Below are positions 26,888-35,265 of a DNA stretch of 64,000 nucleotides, one piece after another. The stretch covers positions 24,470 through 88,469 of the forward strand of contig JAFCDO010000003.1 of the NCBI GenBank assembly GCA_017609605.1, given 5' to 3'. The DNA comes from Candidatus Parvarchaeota archaeon. Lineage in GTDB: Archaea; Nanobdellota; Nanobdellia; JAAOXT01. The position numbers were made by a program, and so were the translations under genes. The notes beneath the pieces are model-generated. The model did not search any database. It saw nothing but the letters and a program-made list of their open reading frames with translations, and was not told the origin of the DNA. Each line of letters begins with the position of its first letter. Within the stretch, counting starts at the first letter, position 1.

Positions 26888-28729
26888 ATGCTGAAAAAAA
26901 CCTTTCTCATCCTAACAACATTTCTCCTGTTAAGCCCCGTGCAAGCAGAACTAATAGGAAAAGCCACGACCCAGCTTCCAGGAGTCAGAGCCACGGATAC
27001 TGGTTATAAAGGTATACTCGCCACAGTAGAAGTGGAGGTGCACAACGGGTCTGGCAGGGTCTTCGTGGACACAATGCCTCTCACCGAAGTGGACACTCAA
27101 GCGAGCGCTAGACTTGCTAAAGAAGTGTCCTGCAACACGCTAAACCTTAACTGCAACGAATACGACTTCTTTTACATAATCAGGTCTCACGCCCCAATAG
27201 TGGGAGGGCCTAGCGCGGGAGCAAGCCTGGCCGGAGCCACGCTAGCAGCTCTTACTAACAAGACGGTGAACGAATCAGTAATGCTCACGGGCACCATAAA
27301 CCCTGACGGCAGCGTGGGTAGAGTGGGAAGCATACTCACGAAAACAGAAGCCGCGTACGAAGGCGGAGCAACCAAATTCCTAATACCCAAAGGACAATCC
27401 ATCATCTACCTAGAAGAAGGAGCAACCACTCAAACACTTGACTTAACCGATTACGCGAAAAAGAATTGGGGGGTCAGCATCATAGAAGTGAAAAACGTTA
27501 AAGAAGTTTACAAACACTTAACCGGTTACGAAATAATACAAGAAAAAATTCCTGAAACAAAGAGCAGCCAGGTTTACGAAAGACTCATGAAAAACATGTC
27601 CCAAAAACTGTTATCAATAAGCCTGCAAGAACTGCAAATAGTTGAAGACAAAAAAGAAAACGTTGCCCTAACATACGCTCAATCACAGGAGTTGAACACT
27701 GCTGTGAGCGAACAAAAAAGTTTGTTGCTCTTAGCTCAAAGTTTGTATAACTTGGGTGAGTACTACTCCGCCGCAAGTTATGCTGTCAGAGCATCCATAA
27801 CACTCAAATTTCACAACAATTACGTTGATTACCTTGGAACAGATTCTCAAAAAATCTTTGTCAAATCAATAATTGATAAGGTCAACGACGAAATAAAAAT
27901 CACTGAAAAAAAGGTTGATGGCAACATCACGCTAATAAGTCTTTACGACATAGAACTTTTAACGGTCAGCACTGACCGCATAAGAGAAGCTGAGCAAACC
28001 ATGGAAGAAGCTTACAAGTATTATTATAACGATGGTTACGTGGACGCCCTTTACGAAACAAGTTTCGCTGAAGTCCGCAAAGTAACAGCTGAAACGTGGT
28101 ACGAGATGATAGGCTCGGAACCAGGAAACTTGAGCGTGACATTTGATACCAGAAAGTTAGAATCCTTTGCGTACGAGAGACTAAGGCAAGCCAGGGATTC
28201 GATGACGTACGCCAACACGATTTATGGCCCGACACCTGGCGTGGCAGAGCACTTGCAGAAATCTGAAGATGCCATAAAAACTGGAAAACACGTTTTCTCA
28301 ATATTTGAGTCAACCCAAGCGATAGCGTTATCCAACTTAATCCTTGACACTAGCACGATGGACTCGGCACAAATGAGTCAAGTGCTGGAGGACAAGAAAC
28401 AAGACGCCACCCAATCAATCAATTCTGCCAGACAAAAAGGCTTGCTACCCATACTCGCCATGTCATATAAAGAATACTCAAAGCAATTCGAGGCAGAACA
28501 ACCTGAAACAGCCTTAATCTACCTGTCATTTTCAAAACATTTCGCGGACATCAGCGAAGACCTTCTCAACGCAGCTCAAACCGGCGAAATAATCCAAAAA
28601 CAAGAAATAAAAATAGTTAAGTCAAGCGATGACGCGTTAAGCCAGCAAATACTTAGTTCATTAGCACTAATCTTAATCGGCTTCATGCTAGGAATGATAT
28701 TTTCGATAAGATTATACAAAAGAAAATGA
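26888..28729 (+). CDS. exported Lon-like (S16) serine protease domain protein with C-terminal TM anchor
   Basis: I prefer the ATG at 26888. Signal MLKKTFLILTTFLLLSPVQA|E. Lon proteolytic-domain blocks VEVEVHNGSGRVFVDT and PIVGGPSAGASLAGATLAAL...LTGTINPDGSVGRVGSI. A long helical C-terminal region ends in LALILIGFMLGMIFSIRLY. Confidence 0.65.
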   Translation: MLKKTFLILTTFLLLSPVQAELIGKATTQLPGVRATDTGYKGILATVEVEVHNGSGRVFVDTMPLTEVDTQASARLAKEVSCNTLNLNCNEYDFFYIIRSHAPIVGGPSAGASLAGATLAALTNKTVNESVMLTGTINPDGSVGRVGSILTKTEAAYEGGATKFLIPKGQSIIYLEEGATTQTLDLTDYAKKNWGVSIIEVKNVKEVYKHLTGYEIIQEKIPETKSSQVYERLMKNMSQKLLSISLQELQIVEDKKENVALTYAQSQELNTAVSEQKSLLLLAQSLYNLGEYYSAASYAVRASITLKFHNNYVDYLGTDSQKIFVKSIIDKVNDEIKITEKKVDGNITLISLYDIELLTVSTDRIREAEQTMEEAYKYYYNDGYVDALYETSFAEVRKVTAETWYEMIGSEPGNLSVTFDTRKLESFAYERLRQARDSMTYANTIYGPTPGVAEHLQKSEDAIKTGKHVFSIFESTQAIALSNLILDTSTMDSAQMSQVLEDKKQDATQSINSARQKGLLPILAMSYKEYSKQFEAEQPETALIYLSFSKHFADISEDLLNAAQTGEIIQKQEIKIVKSSDDALSQQILSSLALILIGFMLGMIFSIRLYKRK

Positions 28730-29616
28730 ATATGATGATCTTTGGAGGAAGTAACTACCAAAACCTTGCTGAAAGAGTTGCGCGACACGCGCGATACGAG
28801 CTAGGAGAACTATTCGTGAAAAGGTTCCCTGACAACGAAATCTACGTCAGACTCGTGTCCAACGTTGAAGGCAAGGATTGCACGATAATCCAATCAACAA
28901 GGACCAACGATGAATTAGTCGAATTAATCCTAATTTTAGACGCGCTAAAAGACATGAAAGCAAGAAAGATAACAGCAGTCGTCCCTTACCTCGGGTACGC
29001 CCGCCAAGACAAAAGGTCCAAACCAGGAGAAGCGCTTAGCGCGAAAACAGTTCTGAAACAAATAGACAATTATTCCGACCGAATACTAACCCTGAACTGC
29101 CACTTTCTCGACGAGGAAGGAGAGCACGACGTAAGCAAATACTTCGACCTCCAAGACCAAAAACTTGTCCTGAACAACTTGGACGCGTTCCCAATTCTGA
29201 CAGAATACTTCAAGGAAAAATTCGCTAAAGAAAACGTGATCATAATCTCTCCAGACAAAGGAGCGTTACAATACGCGGAGAAAGCCGCACGAATAATCGG
29301 GTGCGAGTTCGACCATTTGGAAAAGACAAGGATTTCAGCAAGAAAAGTGAAAATAGATGGAAAAAACTTGTCAGTGAAAGGTAAAGACGTGCTAATGCTT
29401 GATGATATAATATCCACTGGAGGAACAATCCTTGAAGCTGCAAAAGTGTTGAGGGAAGCCGGGGCGAAAAGCGTGAGGGCAGGATGCGTTCACGGGGTGT
29501 TCGCTGAAGGCATTGAAAACCTGCTTGAAGCGGTTGACGAGCTCGCGTGCACGAACACGCTGAACACTTCCGTCAGCGAAATCGATGTTTCTGAACTCAT
29601 CGCTAGGAATATCTAA
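28726..29616 (+). CDS. prs: ribose-phosphate pyrophosphokinase (PRPP synthetase)
   Basis: VVPYLGYARQDKR and the PRPP-binding loop VLMLDDIISTGGT. ATGA overlap with the previous gene. Confidence 0.9.
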   Translation: MNMMIFGGSNYQNLAERVARHARYELGELFVKRFPDNEIYVRLVSNVEGKDCTIIQSTRTNDELVELILILDALKDMKARKITAVVPYLGYARQDKRSKPGEALSAKTVLKQIDNYSDRILTLNCHFLDEEGEHDVSKYFDLQDQKLVLNNLDAFPILTEYFKEKFAKENVIIISPDKGALQYAEKAARIIGCEFDHLEKTRISARKVKIDGKNLSVKGKDVLMLDDIISTGGTILEAAKVLREAGAKSVRAGCVHGVFAEGIENLLEAVDELACTNTLNTSVSEIDVSELIARNI

Positions 29617-29669
29617 AAAACGTTAAAAAACGAAATCATTATAAAGCCTCTCAAAACCCATTTTTTAGA

Positions 29670-30314
29670 ATGGATAATACTTTAGAACTCTGGCTTGCGG
29701 GCAGACTCCGGCCAACCAGAAGAAAAGATGACAGCAGCGAAGTCAATCTTGAAGAAATAATGCAACCAATTTTGCATTGGAGCAGCTTCCCAAAAATCCT
29801 TGAAACAGATAATCCTGAAATACATATTAGACTGAAACGAAACCGCGACCTGGATTTAACAGACGTTTCTGAAAAATTCACCCCAGTTCTATCTTCATTG
29901 AACACGCTTGTCAGTCTTTATGACCACACACAAAAACCTGTTCAAGAAGAAACAATAGAATACAAACTTGACAAAAAAATGATAGCAATACCAGTTATAA
30001 CAGGAATCTCAACATTCATCCTTTCTACAGCCATGGGTTTTGATCCTTTAACCTCAGGAATTAATTCAGTTGGTTTAGGATCAGTAACTGTTTCTGCTTA
30101 CGCGTGTTATTTATCTCGACAAACATTGAAACAAACACAAAAACCCGTAAAAAAATACTTCAAATCTTTAAGGGATTATTGGAATTTCCACGAGTCCTTA
30201 ACAGATGAGAACCCTAACACATATATCATGAAGCTCATTTCTGAAAACGCTCATAACATTGGAAGCATTAAATTCTTAAGCGACGACCCCAAAATAACCC
30301 TGATTGATACATGA
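29670..30314 (+). CDS. hypothetical membrane protein (214 aa)
   Basis: Two central hydrophobic helices (IAIPVITGISTFILSTAMG, GLGSVTVSAYACYL). TATA-like cattataaagcc about 28 nt upstream. Confidence 0.45.
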   Translation: MDNTLELWLAGRLRPTRRKDDSSEVNLEEIMQPILHWSSFPKILETDNPEIHIRLKRNRDLDLTDVSEKFTPVLSSLNTLVSLYDHTQKPVQEETIEYKLDKKMIAIPVITGISTFILSTAMGFDPLTSGINSVGLGSVTVSAYACYLSRQTLKQTQKPVKKYFKSLRDYWNFHESLTDENPNTYIMKLISENAHNIGSIKFLSDDPKITLIDT

Positions 30315-31321
30315 AGACCCTGCTAAACAAGTACACGAACAGGCCCATCCTGATAATTGACGAACAGTCCAGAGTTCCGTTAATGGGTCACAACGCCTTC
30401 GGAATCATAGACCGTGGGACTAACATGATAGAACTCAGACCGATAAGCGGTTGTAACCTGAACTGCGTTTTCTGCAGCGTGGACGAAGGCAAAAACTCGC
30501 GAACCCGAGTCACTGACTACATGGTAGAAACAAAATATCTTACCAAAGAACTCAAAAAATTATTGGAGTATAAAGGACAAGACACTTACCAAATCTTTGT
30601 ATCCGGGCAGGGCGAACCCTTAACCCACCCAGACATCATCAACCTTATCAAACAAGTTTCAAACATTAAAAACGTTGAAAAAACCATAATCCAAACCAAC
30701 GCAATCCTATTAGACGAAGAACTCCTAGAACAACTAATCCTTGCAGGGCTCACAGGACTAAGCGTATCAATAAACTCTCTCAAACCAGAAACAGCTCGAA
30801 TGATGAGCGGAACCAAAGAATACAACCTCCAAAAAGTGCTTGAAGTAACTGAGCTGGCAGTCAAAAAAAAGGTTAAAGTCATGCTCGCCCCAGTCATTAT
30901 TGACGGGGTGAACTACGACGAAATAGAAGACCTAGTGCTCTACGCTAAAAAAATAGGGGCGCAAATAGGGATGCAAAACTACCTCAAATACAGGTTTGGC
31001 AGACCACTCAAAAAAAAACAAATACCTTTCCCAAAATTTTTCAAAAAACTCGAAGAACTTCAGAAAAAACACGAAATCAAGTTAATCATGACTGCAGAAC
31101 ACTTAGGCATTCACAAATCCAAACAATTACCTAACCCGTTCAAAAAAGGAGAAATAATCCAAACCCGGATAAAAGGACCTGGCAGAATGAAAAACAACGC
31201 CTTAGGCGTGGCCAAAGAAAGATCCATGGAAATATTAGATTGCAAGCCGTCAGTAGGAAAAGTCGTTAAAGCCAGAGTCATAACAAGAAAACATAATCTT
31301 ATAAATGTCAAGAAAGCCTAA
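30311..31321 (+). CDS. radical SAM protein with C-terminal OB/TRAM-like domain
   Basis: CNLNCVFCSVDEG (CxxxCxxC) and GQGEPLTHPD. The C-terminal GEIIQTRIKGPG...VGKVVKARVI is beta-rich. ATGA overlap with the upstream gene. Confidence 0.75.
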   Translation: MKTLLNKYTNRPILIIDEQSRVPLMGHNAFGIIDRGTNMIELRPISGCNLNCVFCSVDEGKNSRTRVTDYMVETKYLTKELKKLLEYKGQDTYQIFVSGQGEPLTHPDIINLIKQVSNIKNVEKTIIQTNAILLDEELLEQLILAGLTGLSVSINSLKPETARMMSGTKEYNLQKVLEVTELAVKKKVKVMLAPVIIDGVNYDEIEDLVLYAKKIGAQIGMQNYLKYRFGRPLKKKQIPFPKFFKKLEELQKKHEIKLIMTAEHLGIHKSKQLPNPFKKGEIIQTRIKGPGRMKNNALGVAKERSMEILDCKPSVGKVVKARVITRKHNLINVKKA

Positions 31322-31331
31322 CAATAAAATC

Positions 31332-32816
31332 ATGAAAACGCTGGAAGAAGTCGCAGGTTTTTTCAAAAGAAAAGGAATAATATTCTCTTCAGGAAGCATT
31401 TACGGCGGGTACAACGGGTTCTGGGACTGGGGGCCGCTCGGAGTCCAGATTAAAAGAAACGTTACTAACGCTTGGTGGAGAACCTTTGTCGAAAACCGTG
31501 ATGACATTGTAGGAATCGACGGCTCAATAATAACGCACCCTAAAGTGTGGAAAGCAAGCGGTCACGTGGATGGGTTCACAGACCCGTTAGTGGATTGCAA
31601 GAAATGCAAGAAACGCTGGAGAGCGGACAACTTAGTGGAAGACGCTACTGGCAAACCCTCGGACGGGCTCAAAGCCCAAGCCTTGGACAAAAACATCAAA
31701 AGCAAAGGCATAAAATGCCCTTCATGCAAAGGAGAACTAACAGAAACTAAGGTTTTCAACCTCATGTTCAAAACCAGTGTAGGACCCGTGGAAACAGAAT
31801 CTTCAACCGCGTACCTGCGCCCCGAAACAGCTCAATCCATTTTCGCTGACTTTAAACCCGTCCTTGACTCGACCAGGGTTAAACTCCCGTTTGGTATAGC
31901 TCAGATTGGAAAAGCTTTCAGGAATGAGATAAGCCCGCGCAACTTCATTTTCAGGGACAGGGAATTTGAACAAATGGAAATAGAGTTCTTCGTCCATCCG
32001 AAAAGGCTGAACAATGTTCCGGACTTCAAGCAAGTCGAAAACCTAAGCATGAACGTGCTTCCAGAAAAAGAGCAGAAAAAAAACAAGCCAAAAACGTTCA
32101 AATCCAAAACCAAAGAACTATTCGCAAAAAAAATCATTAAGAATAAATGGCAGGCTTACTGGATAGCTTTGGATTACAAATGGCTATTGGACATGGGAAT
32201 CAAGCCAGAAAACCTGAGGATAAGACAACACATCAAAGACGAGCTATCACACTACGCGAGCGACAACTGGGACATAGACTACAACTACCTCGGCAAGTGG
32301 AGAGAGCTTCAAGGCCACGCCGACCGCTCCCAATACGACCTAACCCAGCACGAGAAACACTCTGGGAAAAAATTATCATACTTTGATGAGGAAACAGGGG
32401 AACGAGTCATTCCTTACGTTGCGTGCGAGCCAAGCATGGGGGTTGAAAGATTAATCATGGCAATAATTCTCGACGCTTACAAAGAAGAAAAGGAAAGAAC
32501 TGTCCTCAAACTAAAACCTTTAATCGCTCCTTATCAAATCGCGGTTTTCCCACTAGTATCCAAGGACAAGCTTCCAGAAAAAGCAGAACAAGTTTATCAG
32601 GAGCTCAAAAAAACTTTCAGAACGTTCTACGACGAGCCGGGAAGCATTGGGCGAAGGTACAGGAGACAGGACGAGTCCGGAACCCCGTACTGCATTACAG
32701 TGGACTATCAAACCATGAAAGACGACACGGTAACCGTCAGGGACAGGGACTCCATGAAACAAGAAAGAGTTAAGATAAAAGAGCTAGCACAAAAAATAAC
32801 GGGATTAATGAATTAA
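31332..32816 (+). CDS. glyS: glycyl-tRNA synthetase (archaeal/eukaryotic alpha2 type)
   Basis: KRKGIIFSSGSIYGGYNGFWDWGPLG, YLRPETAQSIF, FRNEISPRNFIFRDREFEQMEIEFF. The alternative start at 31305 overlaps the upstream gene. Confidence 0.9.
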   Translation: MKTLEEVAGFFKRKGIIFSSGSIYGGYNGFWDWGPLGVQIKRNVTNAWWRTFVENRDDIVGIDGSIITHPKVWKASGHVDGFTDPLVDCKKCKKRWRADNLVEDATGKPSDGLKAQALDKNIKSKGIKCPSCKGELTETKVFNLMFKTSVGPVETESSTAYLRPETAQSIFADFKPVLDSTRVKLPFGIAQIGKAFRNEISPRNFIFRDREFEQMEIEFFVHPKRLNNVPDFKQVENLSMNVLPEKEQKKNKPKTFKSKTKELFAKKIIKNKWQAYWIALDYKWLLDMGIKPENLRIRQHIKDELSHYASDNWDIDYNYLGKWRELQGHADRSQYDLTQHEKHSGKKLSYFDEETGERVIPYVACEPSMGVERLIMAIILDAYKEEKERTVLKLKPLIAPYQIAVFPLVSKDKLPEKAEQVYQELKKTFRTFYDEPGSIGRRYRRQDESGTPYCITVDYQTMKDDTVTVRDRDSMKQERVKIKELAQKITGLMN

Positions 32817-33526
32817 CCTCCCGCAGAGTTTATGAAATCCTCTTCGGGAATTTTCTCACTGATTACTGGCATAATCATTTGTACGCCATTATTCACGTCT
32901 TCACTTATCTTAAAAACAGCGGGTTCGAACAACCCCCAACTTTCAGGAAGCTTCCTCACCTTAGAAGGAGCCAGGTTAATCACGATGGGCTCCGTGTTAA
33001 AATCAGGGCATTCCATAAAAATCGCTCTTAACTCAAAAACAGGCAACAACAAATCTTTATTCATTTCTTCATCTTCATCCGATTTAGGGCTGGAAGTCCA
33101 GGGCAATGAAGTTCCCCCTAAATTCGTGAAAAAAACGTGGTTATCGGTTATTAATTTCATGCTGGAAGTCGGGCCTATCAAACTTGTTTCGCTAGAAATC
33201 CCGCTTTGACCGCTGATCATGTAACCCGCAAAACAAGTCACCCCATTTAGTTGAGAATAATTTTTAATACGTTTCAAAATTCTTCCCAGATTCGGGTCAG
33301 CGTTGAAGTGAAAAAACTCTTCAATTATGATAACGTCAATATCTTTAATTAAAGCGTCAATGGATTTACCGCCATTAACGGATTCGAACCTGTCATCATC
33401 CCTTTTGGTTTCAGGCATCAACCTATAAAAATCAACTTCTTCTAAATGTTTTTGACCGTAAACTTCGCCGTTCCTTAAAATTTTTTCGGGCTCGTTTAGA
33501 GTGGATATGTATGCAACGCTAACCAT
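32813..33526 (-). CDS. RecA-superfamily (KaiC/RadB-like) protein, C-terminal portion, apparently degenerate
   Basis: Start at MVSVAYISTLNEPEKIL (ATG at 33526). The pattern V.YIS..E.PE.I ... DVIIIEEF (Walker-B-like) ... R..LK.I...S.LNGVT resembles KaiC/RadB ATPase cores. The track's N-terminal 13 aa lie in the region that reads in another frame as the upstream small ORF. Confidence 0.4.
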   Translation of the reverse strand: MVSVAYISTLNEPEKILRNGEVYGQKHLEEVDFYRLMPETKRDDDRFESVNGGKSIDALIKDIDVIIIEEFFHFNADPNLGRILKRIKNYSQLNGVTCFAGYMISGQSGISSETSLIGPTSSMKLITDNHVFFTNLGGTSLPWTSSPKSDEDEEMNKDLLLPVFELRAIFMECPDFNTEPIVINLAPSKVRKLPESWGLFEPAVFKISEDVNNGVQMIMPVISEKIPEEDFINSAGG

Positions 33527-33677
33527 TGCTAACAGCCTTGTCAGCAATCTCTCTAAGCAAGACATCTGGTTTATAATGATTCCAAGAAAATGTTGTGAAA
33601 GAACCTTTCAAAAAGTGCAAAGAGTGCTCGTCAATAAAATCAATACCTGTTTTATAAAATAAATCGTCAATTCCCAT
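33519..33677 (-). CDS. small ORF (52 aa) corresponding to the N-terminal portion of the RecA/KaiC-like fold, Walker A not conserved
   Basis: Own translation: MGIDDLFYKTGIDFIDEHSLHFLKGSFTTFSWNHYKPDVLLREIADKAVSNG*. TGIDFID..L.GS.T mirrors KaiC TGI.GLD..L.GG...GS. SWNHYKPD occupies the position of the GxxGxGKT loop. Overlaps the downstream ATG by 8 nt. Confidence 0.35.
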   Translation of the reverse strand: MGIDDLFYKTGIDFIDEHSLHFLKGSFTTFSWNHYKPDVLLREIADKAVSNG

Positions 33678-33781
33678 TATCGTTTAACCCTATTAATTGA
33701 AGAAATGAAGAAATAGTTTAAAAGCATTGCTGTTTTATTAAACAAACTCTTAAAAAAAATGATTACCTTTAAAAAAGAAAG

Positions 33782-35263
33782 ATGAAGAGCGCGGAAACCC
33801 TATCAAGCGATGAAAGAACAATCCTAAGCAATGCTAAAAACAAAGACACGATCAAAACCCTAACAGAGAAAACAGGATTAAAAGAATCCAAGGTGCGAAG
33901 AGCGGTTGAATGGCTGAAATACAAAGGAATGCTTGACACAACCAAAAAAACCAGAAAAATCGTTAATCTAGGCGCTAACGGCAAACAATACTTAAAAAAA
34001 AGTTTGCCTGAACAAAGATTCCTTGAAGCAGGAGAACACGGCCTAAATAAGGTTAGAGAAAAAGCAGGGTTAAGCGCGGAAGAATTCAATTACTCTTTAG
34101 GATTCCTAAAAAAAGGCAAGGTTATCAGCATAGACAAAGGAATAGTCAAAATCTTGAACAAGAAAAAAATAAAAGAACTTGAAAAAACTCGAAAAACATT
34201 AAAAACCTTAGATAACGTTTACTACTCTTCTTTGAACAAAGAAAAACAAAAAATTGTTGATGCACTGATTAAAAGAAAAGACATTCTCGTCATAAACGAG
34301 GAGTCAGAACAAATAATAACTCTAACCAAAAAAGGTTTGAAAGCCAAGAAAACGGTTGGCCAAAAAAAGTTCATTGAAAAACTAACACCCAATATCATAC
34401 GATCCGGTGAGTGGAAAACCAGTCAGATGAGGGCTTACGACATAAGCGCTCCAGCACCAAAAATTTTTGCGGGAAAAAACCATCCTTACACTTTATTCAT
34501 AGAAGAACTGAAAGAAACTTTGGTCAGCATGGGTTTCGAAGAAATGGAAGGTCCTTTGATCGAAAAATCATTGTACAATTGCGACGCTTTGTTCATGCCC
34601 CAAGACCATAACGCTCGAGGAATACATGACATATTCTTTACCCAATCACCAAAACATTGCAAGACGTTGCCAGATATCAAGAACTTGAAATCCGTTCATC
34701 AGGACGGCTGGACAACTGGTTCCAAAGGATGGGGAATAAAGTTCAGCGAAGAAATGTGCAAAAGATTAGTGTTCCGCTCACAAGGAACAGCTCTTAGCGC
34801 TAGAACAATGATGAACCAGCCAAAAATTCCGGGCAGGTATTTCGCAGTGGCAAAATGCTTCAGACCAGATGTAATAGACTTCAAACACAACATTGAATTC
34901 AACCAAGTTGAAGGAATCGTGCTGGACAAAAACCTTAACCTAAAAACCTTGTTAGGCATGCTGAAAATGTTCGCCGAAAAAGTTGCTAACGCTAAACAAG
35001 TCAAATACGTTCCAGGATATTTCCCTTTCACTGAGCCAAGCGTGGAAATAATGGCAAAAGTGCCTGGCATAGGATGGATAGAGCTCGGAGGCTCAGGAAT
35101 ATTCAGGCCAGAAGTCACTCAACCCCTTGGAATAAAAGTTCCAGTCATAGCTTGGGGCCTGGGTTTGGACAGGTTGTTCATGATAAAAGAAGGAATATCC
35201 GACATCAGGGACCTGTTCACGCAAGACCTTGACTGGCTCAGAAGCAGAGAGGTGAGAAGCTAG
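33782..35263 (+). CDS. pheS: phenylalanyl-tRNA synthetase alpha subunit
   Basis: Class II motifs: FRPDVIDFKHNIEFNQVEG and GYFPFTEPSVEI...GSGIFRPEV. N-terminal winged-helix repeats. Confidence 0.9.
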   Translation: MKSAETLSSDERTILSNAKNKDTIKTLTEKTGLKESKVRRAVEWLKYKGMLDTTKKTRKIVNLGANGKQYLKKSLPEQRFLEAGEHGLNKVREKAGLSAEEFNYSLGFLKKGKVISIDKGIVKILNKKKIKELEKTRKTLKTLDNVYYSSLNKEKQKIVDALIKRKDILVINEESEQIITLTKKGLKAKKTVGQKKFIEKLTPNIIRSGEWKTSQMRAYDISAPAPKIFAGKNHPYTLFIEELKETLVSMGFEEMEGPLIEKSLYNCDALFMPQDHNARGIHDIFFTQSPKHCKTLPDIKNLKSVHQDGWTTGSKGWGIKFSEEMCKRLVFRSQGTALSARTMMNQPKIPGRYFAVAKCFRPDVIDFKHNIEFNQVEGIVLDKNLNLKTLLGMLKMFAEKVANAKQVKYVPGYFPFTEPSVEIMAKVPGIGWIELGGSGIFRPEVTQPLGIKVPVIAWGLGLDRLFMIKEGISDIRDLFTQDLDWLRSREVRS

Positions 35264-35265
35264 AA

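Noticed and set aside
26782-26994. 70-aa minus-strand ORF
   Set aside because: It spans the endA/protease spacer and the signal-peptide region of the protease gene antisense. The spacer is better explained by two TATA elements and the candidate small RNA.
33361-33420. GGATTCGAACC (T-arm-like motif) suggesting a minus-strand tRNA
   Set aside because: The flanking bases do not form a T stem (ACAGG vs CCGTT), and no acceptor or anticodon arms can be drawn. It lies inside a coding frame (…FESVNGGKS…).
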